Shown: positions 1 to 9,419 of the stretch, in pieces
How the letters are laid out: each line of letters starts with the position of its first letter
Position numbering within the stretch: the stretch's first letter is position 1
From: Methanotrichaceae archaeon
GTDB lineage: Archaea; Halobacteriota; Methanosarcinia; Methanotrichales; Methanotrichaceae
Length of the DNA: 23,376 nt
Direction of reading: 5' to 3'
NCBI GenBank assembly: GCA_963803145.1
Contig: CAWDLW010000021.1
Coordinates: forward strand, 1 to 23,376
Translations under genes and position numbers: made by a program
The notes under the pieces: model-generated
Databases searched by the model: none
What the model was told of the DNA's origin: nothing
The model's input: only the letters and a program-made list of their open reading frames with translations

Positions 1-24
1 GTATTACTTTTAAACATAAAGATC

Positions 25-443
25 TCAGGCTTTGATTACAACAGTCTTCGCTGCCCTATCCCCCAGCCTCTGCTTTTTATGTGATGTCCAGATAAATATT
101 GCTCAACTAGATAGATGAGGAGGCCATCAATTATTCTGAGTATGGTTCTAATAAATGCAGTGCTCATGTCTATGGGGCTTCCATCTTCCCTAACCACACT
201 TATTTTCATGGTCATCTTGCCTATCGTTTGTCCCCTGGTGCCTTCAAAATAAGTATAATATGATGTGTATATAATGAATGCGATGAAGCTCCATACGGAT
301 AACGGTAACATGGGCTCCAATTTAAGGATTATGGCAGCCAAAATTATGTTGTCTATCAACAATGCCACGAACCTTATTGCTACGCCCTGATACACCATTG
401 GCTCATGAGGCGTAGCCGGTTTTGTCTCAATTGTGCCAGCCAT
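25..443 (-). pseudogene. RDD family membrane protein with a 1-nt frameshift near 103-105 (pseudogene or sequencing error)
   Basis: RFVALLID and GQTIGK...VV..DG RDD motifs in ORF 36..443. The typical RDD C-terminus AIFIWTSHKKQRLGDRAAKTVVIKA* continues in another frame (102..25); GTT GA GCA suggests a lost G of a GGA codon. Confidence 0.85.
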
Positions 444-710
444 AAACCCTCTTCGAAATTATCAGCACCATTATGCATTATTCTTATACGACTTAACTAG
501 CATCAGATTATATTAACCATTTCAAATAGTGTGCAGAGACTTCCGTAATTGATTTCCCTTTATCCGATCCATTCAATTTGTATCCATAGATAAATACTTT
601 CTAGTTGTCAGCCATCCTTCATTGAGATCGATCATGATAGGAACTTGTTTAGTTCCGAAATCCTAAAATATACCTATAACAATAATGAACAATGAGGAGG
701 GATATTCTCC

Positions 711-1901
711 ATGAAATGGAACAAATTAATATATATTATTATGTTAGTTGTTATATCAGTAATTATTTCTACTAATATCATATGCGCAGACGTTTCCCCA
801 GAGAAAAGAGTAGGCTACGAGAATATGCCTGCAGTGGTGATGATAAAAACCACATATTCGGGCCAACTGCAGGACATTGACGGAAATCAATTCATAGAAG
901 ATACTTTTGAAGACATAAATTACCACCTAAATATACCTCCAGAGGCTTATGGGGCACAAGGCTCGGGGTTTGTGGTTAGCTCTGATGGGTACATAGCAAC
1001 TAATGCCCATGTAGTGGATGATCAAATCGACGATGTCAAAAGAGAGATTGCAAAAGAAACCGCAGCGGAAATGGCCATAAACTTCATACTTTCAGCATAT
1101 AAAAATTCCGTAGAAATGAATTTCACAACAGAGGATCTATATAATCATTTTTATGATAAGCTTATCTCAGACAGATATGTGCTGAAAGACACAACAAAAG
1201 ATATAGAAGTATACTTTGGAGGCTTTAGCGACAGCAAACCTGATGGAATACCGGCGGAATTTGACTCGACGAGGAGCAGCCCGATGCAGTTATGGTCCAC
1301 CGGCTCAGGCGACGAGAAGATGTGGCACAGATCAGGCAAAGATGTCGCAGTTATCAAAATTGAACCTCGAGACAGCGTTCTCCCAAATGTAAAACTCGGC
1401 GACCCGAAGAAGGTGCAAGTTGGAGATAAAATAATTGTCATAGGATATCCGGGAGTTGCACAATCATCAGATACTAACAATGAGTTATCAGCTGAGACAG
1501 ATTATGTTCCGACCGTCACATCTGGAATTGTTAGTGCTATAAAGACTCAACCAGGTGGCATCACTATTTTCCAGACCGATGCAAGCATATACCATGGAAA
1601 TAGCGGTGGGCCTGCATTTGATGAAAACGGAAATGTAATTGGAATAGCGACTTACGCAGCTGTAGATCCCAATTCAGCGATAAATGTACAGGGCTTCAAT
1701 TTCTTGATTCCTATAGACAGAGTGAAGGAATACCTGACATCTGTAGACACTACTCCAAGCGAGACTACGCAGCATTATTGGTCTGGGCTAAATTATTACT
1801 GGAACAACGACACCACAAAGGCGCAAGACGAGTTCAGTAAAATATCTGCCCTCGATTCATTGGATAGATACGCCACAGAATATAGGAGTATCTTTAAATG
1901 A
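711..1901 (+). CDS. Secreted trypsin-like (S1C/HtrA-type) serine protease without PDZ domain, with a TPR-like C-terminal tail
   Basis: Signal peptide; GSGFVV, TNAHVV (His), DVAVIKI (Asp) and TDASIYHGNSGGP (Ser) motifs; GAGGAGG RBS upstream. Confidence 0.92.
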   Translation: MKWNKLIYIIMLVVISVIISTNIICADVSPEKRVGYENMPAVVMIKTTYSGQLQDIDGNQFIEDTFEDINYHLNIPPEAYGAQGSGFVVSSDGYIATNAHVVDDQIDDVKREIAKETAAEMAINFILSAYKNSVEMNFTTEDLYNHFYDKLISDRYVLKDTTKDIEVYFGGFSDSKPDGIPAEFDSTRSSPMQLWSTGSGDEKMWHRSGKDVAVIKIEPRDSVLPNVKLGDPKKVQVGDKIIVIGYPGVAQSSDTNNELSAETDYVPTVTSGIVSAIKTQPGGITIFQTDASIYHGNSGGPAFDENGNVIGIATYAAVDPNSAINVQGFNFLIPIDRVKEYLTSVDTTPSETTQHYWSGLNYYWNNDTTKAQDEFSKISALDSLDRYATEYRSIFK

Positions 1902-2204
1902 ATGGGCAACATTCAGCTACTTGAAGCATTAAACGAGGGCAATCGTGCATGATACTCGCTAATCGCGAGATGCTGTTTGCCCTTTCGTCCTCATTTTTCA
2001 GAGATAATGTTAGTAAAAAGATGCTCTTTCTCGAAGAAGATAGCCCTCGCGATGGCCCTGATAATTTTTCTTGTATAAATCGGATCAGATTGCAGGACAC
2101 ACTAACATGAGTTCTATGTATATTGATAAAATAAGGGCAGATGGCTCACGATGATAGACGGGTTACAGTTACTTTGATTACCAGCCCGGTCATGTTCTAT
2201 AGCA

Positions 2205-2212
2205 TTTATATA
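2205..2212 (+). promoter_or_regulatory. Archaeal TATA box (TTTATATA) for the 2259..2768 gene
   Basis: Consensus TTTATATA about 47 nt upstream of the inferred start, followed by a GGGGTGA RBS at 2248-2254. Confidence 0.55.
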
Positions 2213-2258
2213 TGTTAATTGTGCATGTTAAAATTATTCCTGGTGGTGGGGTGAGAAT

Positions 2259-2768
2259 ACGAATCGAGGTTTAAGCCTAAACTTTTTAACATTACTGGTC
2301 GTCTTAGTATTGACTGCAGGAATAGCTGATTGCGAGCAAGCGGCAAACCAAGCGCAGATAGGGAATTACTTGATAACGATCGGTACACTACCATATGGAG
2401 GGAGCGTCACCAACAATCAATTTGGAGGAATGGACGCTGGCATTTCATGGTCAATTACGTTACAATCACGCACGAATGATATGTTAGATTTAGTCCACGA
2501 TAATCTGGCAAACTCTCCCTACGCTGAGAAAGCCAATATTGCTTACAACACGATTGCAATTGATGGAAAACAGGGGGCTTATGCTTTTGCGCCCGTTGAT
2601 CTACCCATTATGAATCCAATAAGCCATCAGATTGAAGCCAATCCAACGACTCAAGGTGTAGCTATTTTCCATGTAAATGATCAGGTGGACTGTTTTATTG
2701 ACGTCCTCGGTGCCCAAAAATTGTTCCAAGACATCATAACGACCATTCACGTGGAAGAGACGAGCTAA
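2259..2768 (+). CDS. Secreted hypothetical protein; start probably ACG at 2259 (ORF track uses TTG 2310)
   Basis: The frame is open upstream of 2310 and encodes a signal peptide (NRGLSLNFLTLLVVLVLTAGIADC). RBS GGGGTGA is 4 nt before the ACG; no in-frame ATG/GTG/TTG lies between the stop at 2229 and 2310. Confidence 0.7.
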   Translation, partial: TNRGLSLNFLTLLVVLVLTAGIADCEQAANQAQIGNYLITIGTLPYGGSVTNNQFGGMDAGISWSITLQSRTNDMLDLVHDNLANSPYAEKANIAYNTIAIDGKQGAYAFAPVDLPIMNPISHQIEANPTTQGVAIFHVNDQVDCFIDVLGAQKLFQDIITTIHVEETS

Positions 2769-3188
2769 ATTTCCGAACAACATTTTTGCAGTTACTGCGA
2801 TACCAGTCTGAGAATTGAAATCTTCGGTCCGCATATATCTAGGCTAACAGTTGAAAGAGGTATTTCCAATAGCCTTCCATCTCATAAAGGCTATAGCCTC
2901 CTTCATTAGATTACAAGGGATTACCAGAAAAGGAGATTGTTTATCCCTAGGGCATTTTACAAAGCCATTGCAAGGAGAATCATTCCGTAACCTACATTCT
3001 AGGAATCTAAAAAATAGTTATTGCTGTGATGGGAGGATGTAATCTACGATTATTTTATGCATAAACCTCATCCAGGTGATGTGTACACTAAGAGCACCTA
3101 ACAATGCGCCTAAGGCTCATTAATGTTTTACGAGCAAACATCGATGATTGGGATTTTGCCATTAAACACATGCTGGGCTTCAGGAGAC

Positions 3189-4535
3189 TTAGAATCTCAT
3201 CGTCATTCGGATCAAGACGTTTATCATCAATACTAGGAGACCCCATCCAATAATGCGCTCAATAATGGATAAATACCAGTGCTCTTTCATCAATTCCTCG
3301 AAGTTGGCCGATCCAGACGGAAACATTTCCTTGGGCGCCGAGATTAAGACGATTATACTTAGCCAAAACATATTTCCATAATCAGGTTTAACCGAAGTCG
3401 TATACCAGGTTTTCGCAGAATATATGAGCGTGAAAAGTACAGAAACAATAAGAGCAAATAAAATTGTGTTAAGCCAACTGACTCCATATCCACAGGTAGC
3501 CCATGCCAGATAATCCCAGAGTTTAGATATTCCAAATGGTTTTATATTCTGACTCCACGCTCTATATTGATAATAGCAGCTGTTGGAATCATCAAACTGT
3601 TCCAGATCTTTGAAGGACTTAATCAGCGCAATATATACGGGACCATCACATACTAAAATATTCTTAATAGTATCCCAGCGGACTCTGAACTTGCTGGAGA
3701 AATCGATATCAGTAAGATTTAGTTTTCCTGGAAGGTTATCTATTCCTTCGAACTCAGCTCCTCTAAAGTCTATATCTCTCCTGAATTTTGCCCCTATAAA
3801 ATCTGCAGATGAGGTCTTAAATTGAGCATCGCTAAAACCTGCATCTTCAATGAAATGTACATCATCGAAAATAGCCTGCACACAAAACTTTGCATCTGAA
3901 AAATCAGCAAGCCCTTTAAAAATAGAATAATCGAAGTAAGAAGAACTGTTGAATTGCGAATATGCAAAATAAGCATCATTATCAAATTCGCAAAAGCTAA
4001 AATTAGCTGGACCCTCGAACCGTGTAGCATAAAAGGATGAACGTTCAAACTGAGCACTAAGAAAGCCCGCAAATTGATTAAAATCTACGCCATCAAATCT
4101 TGCCATGAGGGGAAAATTAGCATAATTAAAGTTGGCCCCTTTATCGAATTGCGATCCATCAAAATACGCAACTCCTGAGAATTTGGTATTTGCAAAATCA
4201 ATGGGTTCTTGGAAAAAAGTATCATTGAAATTTACGTTTCCTTCTACGATCGAATTTGTTATCATTATAGGGGAGATAACTTTCCTCTGATTCGCAGGTA
4301 AGCCTAAAGCCAGGACATCCATATACGATCTTGCAGCAGGGCGAGTTGGCATATCCAAGGTCGATATATCCAAATCTCCCACAATTGTAACATGATCATA
4401 AACAACGGGCGCATTATTCTTGATCTGCCCCAAAATAACAGCTGAATTAATCACATCCATAGGCTTTCCAGCGCCTTCATCTGCTGCAACTACAATTAAA
4501 AGGGCAATTAGGAATAATGCTGTGGTTGGCCTCAT
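3189..4535 (-). CDS. Pentapeptide-repeat protein with signal peptide and C-terminal transmembrane region
   Basis: Many A.F..A.F repeats; LAWATCGYGV followed by TM helices. Start at MRPTTALFL (4535) has a GGAGG RBS, so it is preferred over 4574. Confidence 0.88.
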   Translation of the reverse strand: MRPTTALFLIALLIVVAADEGAGKPMDVINSAVILGQIKNNAPVVYDHVTIVGDLDISTLDMPTRPAARSYMDVLALGLPANQRKVISPIMITNSIVEGNVNFNDTFFQEPIDFANTKFSGVAYFDGSQFDKGANFNYANFPLMARFDGVDFNQFAGFLSAQFERSSFYATRFEGPANFSFCEFDNDAYFAYSQFNSSSYFDYSIFKGLADFSDAKFCVQAIFDDVHFIEDAGFSDAQFKTSSADFIGAKFRRDIDFRGAEFEGIDNLPGKLNLTDIDFSSKFRVRWDTIKNILVCDGPVYIALIKSFKDLEQFDDSNSCYYQYRAWSQNIKPFGISKLWDYLAWATCGYGVSWLNTILFALIVSVLFTLIYSAKTWYTTSVKPDYGNMFWLSIIVLISAPKEMFPSGSANFEELMKEHWYLSIIERIIGWGLLVLMINVLIRMTMRF

Positions 4536-4840
4536 ATATCCCTCCGTATAGCCAAGCCTTGGCCTTAGTAGCATGGATGCATATCAATATTCTGCTATGT
4601 GGTATTGTTTGCCGAATTTCCTTAATTCTATGCCAATTTTTGGGTAGCTGTCCCATATTCGTTAATAGATATAATCTTTTACCAACTAGCTATTCTTTAT
4701 CGCTATCTATGACTTATCTTTTTCAAGATTCCCAATCACATATGCCCAACGATTATCAGTAAGTCTCCAACATCTATAGCGATTTTTTACATAATATTGC
4801 ATGATTGACTCATGATGCTCCTTGGTGCCTGTGCTTTTGC

Positions 4841-5599
4841 CTATATCATTTGCCAGTAGATGAGCGGAGCCATAGTTAATAGCGTGAATCCCGTTATCAA
4901 CCGGATGGCAACTCTGTGTTTTTCCCTGAATTGATCGACCTGTTCTGGGCTCATACCGAGTGCGATGATCCCTCCAAGGATCAGCACTGGAAGAGCTATG
5001 CCTAGATTGTAAGTCATCAGATAAATTGGCCCTGATGAAGTATATCCCTGGCTTGAGATTATTCCGATAATGGCGATGTAGATTCCACCCACACAGGGTG
5101 CCCTTACCAGCGAGAAGAGAGCTCCTAAGAGGAAATAATAGCTGAGTTTCCGGCTGGCAATGACACCATGGACATACTTCTTAGTCCAATCAGTGCGGAA
5201 GATAGATGTGCCTCCACTTTGCAGCCTCCTGGCATCTTCCAGCTGCATTAGCCCCAACATCAATAAGACTGCTGCCAGAACAAGGCGGAACATAGCAGCA
5301 TTGGACTTTCCCTGTAGAACGCTAAATAAGCCCATTCCGAAAATAATGTAGACCACGAAGGTGCCCAGGGAAAAGAAGGCCACCATGGTCAGAACATCCC
5401 TTCTTCGGCCTGTACTGGCCAGCATCGAGCTTGCCAGAAAGGCCAGTATGGCCAGAAGACACGGATTGAAGCCCGCTAAGAGGCCAGCTGCAAAGACGGT
5501 AACGGCGGACGATATGGTAAGATCTTTGAGAGCGTTTCCAGTAGCGCATACCGGAGCTATAGTTACAGCGACCTGTAATATACTTAGAATATAAATCAT
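4841..5599 (-). CDS. ccdA: Cytochrome c biogenesis CcdA / DsbD transmembrane-domain protein
   Basis: About six TM helices with the two conserved Pro-Cys motifs (GFNPCLLAIL, RAPCVGGIY); GGAGG RBS. Confidence 0.8.
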   Translation of the reverse strand: MIYILSILQVAVTIAPVCATGNALKDLTISSAVTVFAAGLLAGFNPCLLAILAFLASSMLASTGRRRDVLTMVAFFSLGTFVVYIIFGMGLFSVLQGKSNAAMFRLVLAAVLLMLGLMQLEDARRLQSGGTSIFRTDWTKKYVHGVIASRKLSYYFLLGALFSLVRAPCVGGIYIAIIGIISSQGYTSSGPIYLMTYNLGIALPVLILGGIIALGMSPEQVDQFREKHRVAIRLITGFTLLTMAPLIYWQMI

Positions 5600-5919
5600 C
5601 TATCTTCGCCTCCTTGACTCCGCTACAGGACTCGGTTGTTGGGATAGCTAATATTTTATTCTATCGGCATTTTACTAATAAGCGCAAATATGCTCTTCTA
5701 TGTATTATATATTCAAAACATAGATAGTTCATATCTCCGACTTAGTAATGAGCGCCAAAATAATCTTGATCCTAAAAATGCATTGCCAGGCTTAAATATC
5801 AATCCAAACACATTTTATTGAGTGGTGCTCTAAATCATCATGAATATGATGAGGCCGCCCTGATGTGGATGAGACCAGTAGGGATGAGTCTATTACACAA
5901 TTCGTCTAATATGTCACTC

Positions 5920-6831
5920 CTACTGCTGATTGATTAGCAAAACTCCAGCAACAATAAAAGCAATAGCGATGAATTTTTGTGTGAGGCTGCCAATGCCGAT
6001 CTCCTCCCTCCCCAGTTTCGGAAAGAAAAGGGAAAGGATCACACCGAAGAATAGGACAAAGAACGAAGTTGTGCTGCTGATCGCCTGCACAATTCCTAAA
6101 GGCGCAAGAAGAAGCGTGTAGCGCACACCTAGGTTGCCGCCCAAGTTTATCAATTCATTTGCGCCATTCACCGAGAGCACTGCACCTGTGTTGGAGTGCA
6201 TCATTCTTTTAAATTGTTGGCGATTTGCCGAAATCAGCATCAATATTATGCCGAATAGCGCTTGCCCTGCAAAGTTCCAGAAAGTGGTGGTCCAAAATTC
6301 ATCACGCACAGCAAAGAATTTGAAAATGAGTGAACTTAGAGCAATTGCCAAAGCACATGTAAGCATTAAAATAACCAGGCGTGTTTTAACGCGGCTTGTG
6401 TCTTGCCCAAACCTCAAGGAAAGGAGAGCCGATCCGGCAATGATCAATAAAACGCCGATAATTTGGAAATTGGATATTTCTTCGCCAAGGACAAAATACC
6501 CTAGGATCAGCCCGAAGATCCCTGCAGCCTGAAAAAAAGGCGCAATTGTTGATGCTTCCTCTGTCTGCAGTGCCTGGAGATAGAAATAGATAGCACTCAT
6601 GTAAAGAATTCCCGAAACTGTAATGACCGCCATAGATTGTGGGTCCAATGAAACTGCTCCAGGCTGGAAAAGCCAAATGAAAGGCAAGGCCAGGGCACCG
6701 ATGATTGCTGTAAAAATCATCAGCACCGCCACGCTTCCATGTTTGAAATAGCGCTCTACCAGGTATTTATCGATATGCGTAGACAATGCCCATAAAACAG
6801 GTCCGGAAAATGCGTAGATAAGCCAATACAT
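5920..6831 (-). CDS. EamA / DMT superfamily transporter
   Basis: 303 aa, about 10 TM helices in two repeats; YFYLQALQTEEASTIAP and LGYFVLGE...IIGVLLII motifs. Confidence 0.9.
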   Translation of the reverse strand: MYWLIYAFSGPVLWALSTHIDKYLVERYFKHGSVAVLMIFTAIIGALALPFIWLFQPGAVSLDPQSMAVITVSGILYMSAIYFYLQALQTEEASTIAPFFQAAGIFGLILGYFVLGEEISNFQIIGVLLIIAGSALLSLRFGQDTSRVKTRLVILMLTCALAIALSSLIFKFFAVRDEFWTTTFWNFAGQALFGIILMLISANRQQFKRMMHSNTGAVLSVNGANELINLGGNLGVRYTLLLAPLGIVQAISSTTSFFVLFFGVILSLFFPKLGREEIGIGSLTQKFIAIAFIVAGVLLINQQ

Positions 6832-6895
6832 GTTTGATTTTGCACCTGACAGCGTTCAACCAGTTCTATACTTCAGTACTTCATGCGTTTTCATT

Positions 6896-7117
6896 CTACG
6901 GCTCTAGTCCTAGTGCAGCATCGCAGGCATTTAATGATTCCTGATACCTTCCTAAGAAGAATAGAGAATCTCTCATATTGAGCCAGCCTTCTAGAAGGTA
7001 TGGATCGAGTTTCACTACTTCAGCAGGCGGATTTTTCGGCATATCGTACGAACCTGCCAAATAGGAACTGTTGCCTCTATCCAGCCAATAACTAGAGGCA
7101 CCATCTATTGGTACCAT
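6896..7117 (-). pseudogene. Tetratricopeptide-repeat protein fragment
   Basis: Two degenerate TPR units (WLDRGNSSYLAGSYD...VKLDP; GWLNMRDSLFFLGRYQESLNACDAALGLEP) ending abruptly, with no signal peptide or RBS. Confidence 0.6.
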
Positions 7118-7245
7118 TTATTTATTGATCGGATGCAGGTACGCTAGAGTAACTAAGGTTTAAGGCCAGATGGCCATCATCGCAATGAAGAAGATTATAT
7201 ATTTCTATATTCCATAAGTGCTGCCCTATCCTGAGAGAGATAAAT

Positions 7246-7965
7246 ATGAGTGAAATCACAGACAAAGAGCTAAAGCTACAGGGATTTATCAGACAGAAGG
7301 ATAAGGATCACTTCGTCGTCCGGGTGAAAACTCAAATCGGCAATGTCAGCTCTGAACAGATGACCGTACTTTCTGAGATCGCCCGTAAATACGGCAGAGG
7401 ATACATATATCTTACCAATCGGATGAATATTATAATCCCATGGGTAGCGCAAGAGAATCTCAACGAGGTGAGACAGGCTATTGAGAAAGCTGGCTTGGTA
7501 GTCGGCGGGACTGGACCAACAGTACGACCAATTGTTGCTTGTGTAGGCACAATATGCGAACACGGCCTGGCTGACACTCAGCTTCTTGGCAAGCTGCTCG
7601 ATGAGAAATTCTTCGGAAAGAAGCTGCCTGCAAAACTTAAGATCGGCATCACAGGATGTCCTAACGACTGTGGCAAGGTGGAGATCAACGACATAGGCTT
7701 TATAGGACAGGAGTCAACCGAAGCAAACACAGCTGGAAACGCAGAAGGGATGTGCTATGCAATGTATCTTGGCGGCATGTTTGGCCGGGCACACAGAGAA
7801 GGTCAGCGAGTAGGTCCACTATTGTCTCCGGAGGAAGCCGTTGCAGTAACTGATAGAGTGATCGATTATATGGAACGAAATGCCAAGCCAGGGGAGCGAT
7901 TGGGAAAGCTGATTGATCGTGTTGGGATGGATGAGATCATAAAGGCGATCGGCTTATCATCTTGA
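7246..7965 (+). CDS. Nitrite/sulfite reductase family (siroheme-[4Fe-4S]) small protein, Dsr-like protein type
   Basis: NIR_SIR ferredoxin half domain (G...SEQM..L..IA.KYG.G...LT.R); Cys motifs ACVGTICEHG and GCPNDCG; C-terminal GERLGKLIDRVG. Confidence 0.9.
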   Translation: MSEITDKELKLQGFIRQKDKDHFVVRVKTQIGNVSSEQMTVLSEIARKYGRGYIYLTNRMNIIIPWVAQENLNEVRQAIEKAGLVVGGTGPTVRPIVACVGTICEHGLADTQLLGKLLDEKFFGKKLPAKLKIGITGCPNDCGKVEINDIGFIGQESTEANTAGNAEGMCYAMYLGGMFGRAHREGQRVGPLLSPEEAVAVTDRVIDYMERNAKPGERLGKLIDRVGMDEIIKAIGLSS

Positions 7966-8149
7966 TAACTTGGAATCTGCTGGAGTATAATAGGCGGTTA
8001 ATCGGACTTAAACTAAAATCAACCTTCATAGCATGTACATAGCCGACCATAAGTATCAAGCAAAAAAGGGCAAATGCCCAAAAATTTAGGTGGGAGACCA
8101 GGTAAAGTAAATCCAACGCACATCCTTGAATGCAAGTAGGCGGCAGAAT

Positions 8150-8431
8150 TCACCAGGCACCAGACTCTATCATGCTAAGGTTCTTAAACACTTCTTCTGC
8201 AAGCTCACAGGAAAGCGTTTGCTGCTCGCAAATTTTTAGCACGCGATGGATTTCGTCTCGCTCTGCGGATGCTGTGGATTGGGCGACGAACAGCTCGGCG
8301 GCTTCATAGCCTGTCTCAAGAAGAGCATTTCTTACGTCTGCCAGCAGGTCCTCATCAAGGTGGATATTTGTGACGCCGATCTTCTCAATCGCTTCACCCA
8401 TTCGCTCCCTGCTCAAATCCATCTTTTCCAA
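8150..8431 (-). CDS. Small helical hypothetical protein, paralog 1 of a three-copy family
   Basis: About 34/80 ungapped identities to 21538..21828. The GTG at 8440 is part of a GGAGGTGA RBS, so the start is likely TTG 8431 (MEKMDL...). Confidence 0.85.
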   Translation of the reverse strand: MEKMDLSRERMGEAIEKIGVTNIHLDEDLLADVRNALLETGYEAAELFVAQSTASAERDEIHRVLKICEQQTLSCELAEEVFKNLSMIESGAW

Positions 8432-8536
8432 TTCTATCACCTCCTGTTTTAATTTTAATACTTAATAAGGATGTCTTAATAAAAAGATTTTTTGCTATGT
8501 CGTTCATATATTTCATGAATGCCAATAGCATAACGC

Positions 8537-8551
8537 CTAACTATGAGTTAG
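8537..8551. promoter_or_regulatory. Palindrome CTAACT-ATG-AGTTAG, candidate operator in the divergent ku / paralog-1 intergenic region
   Basis: Perfect 6-bp inverted repeat ending 47 nt upstream of the ku ATG. Confidence 0.3.
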
Positions 8552-8597
8552 CTCTAAGGGCAAAGATACTTAGTGAAGATAATACAATCAGAAGCAT

Positions 8598-9419
8598 ATG
8601 GCAGAAGTCCTTGAGCTCACAGAGGAGAGGCATGAAGAAAAGGCCCAAGCCGCCCCGCCCAGGGCGATGTGGTCAGGCAGCCTCAGGATGGGGCTGGTAA
8701 ATATTCCCGTCAATGCTATATCCATAACAAAGGATACGCATATCAGATTACGCATGGTTCATCGGAGCTGTAAGACTCCCATATCATTCAAGCGCTTTTG
8801 CCAGGAAGGCGAGGAGGTCCCTCTGAAGGATATCGTCTACGGTTATCCCCTAGATAAAAAGAATTACGTTATCCTGGAGAAAAAGGAGATAAATGCCGCG
8901 AAGCCGGAATCCAAGGACACTATAGATCTGGATAGGTTCGTCAACTTCTTTCAAATAGATCCTCACTACTTCGAGAAAACATACCTCCTTATGCCGAACA
9001 GATCAGAGGAGGCTTACGCCCTTCTCAGGGAAATCATGGAGAAGACGGGAAAGGCAGCCATCGGGAGGATGACCCTCTCCACTAGAGAACATATTGTTCT
9101 GGTACACTATTATCAGGGGGCCATTGTTGCCACAATCCTAAGATATTCAGATGAGCTTGTCGATCCCCAGACATTTGAGCAGCTGAAAAACTTGCCCAAG
9201 CCTGATGAACAGGAGCTGAAGCTTGCCGAGGAGATAGTGGACGGGCTCAGTGGTGAGCTGAACATGAGCGCCTATAAGGACGAATACAACGAGAGAATTC
9301 AGGACCTGGTCAGATCCAAAATGGGCAACAAGGTTGCGGCCGTTGGGAAGAAGAAGGAAAAGCCTGCTGCCAAGAGCCTTATGGAAGCTTTGAGGATTAC
9401 AGCAGAGTCGCTCAAGTGA
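8598..9419 (+). CDS. ku: Non-homologous end-joining protein Ku
   Basis: RAMWSGSLRMGLVNIPV, IVYGY, YFEKTYLL.P, AY.LLRE.ME.TGK.AIGR, ATILRYSDE, YKDEY, SLMEALRIT: canonical prokaryotic Ku motifs. Confidence 0.97.
   Translation: MAEVLELTEERHEEKAQAAPPRAMWSGSLRMGLVNIPVNAISITKDTHIRLRMVHRSCKTPISFKRFCQEGEEVPLKDIVYGYPLDKKNYVILEKKEINAAKPESKDTIDLDRFVNFFQIDPHYFEKTYLLMPNRSEEAYALLREIMEKTGKAAIGRMTLSTREHIVLVHYYQGAIVATILRYSDELVDPQTFEQLKNLPKPDEQELKLAEEIVDGLSGELNMSAYKDEYNERIQDLVRSKMGNKVAAVGKKKEKPAAKSLMEALRITAESLK

Noticed and set aside
1949-2110. Weak resemblance of MLFALSS to the SBBP protein N-domain (VLFALSS)
   Set aside because: Only a 6-residue match that does not extend; likely chance.
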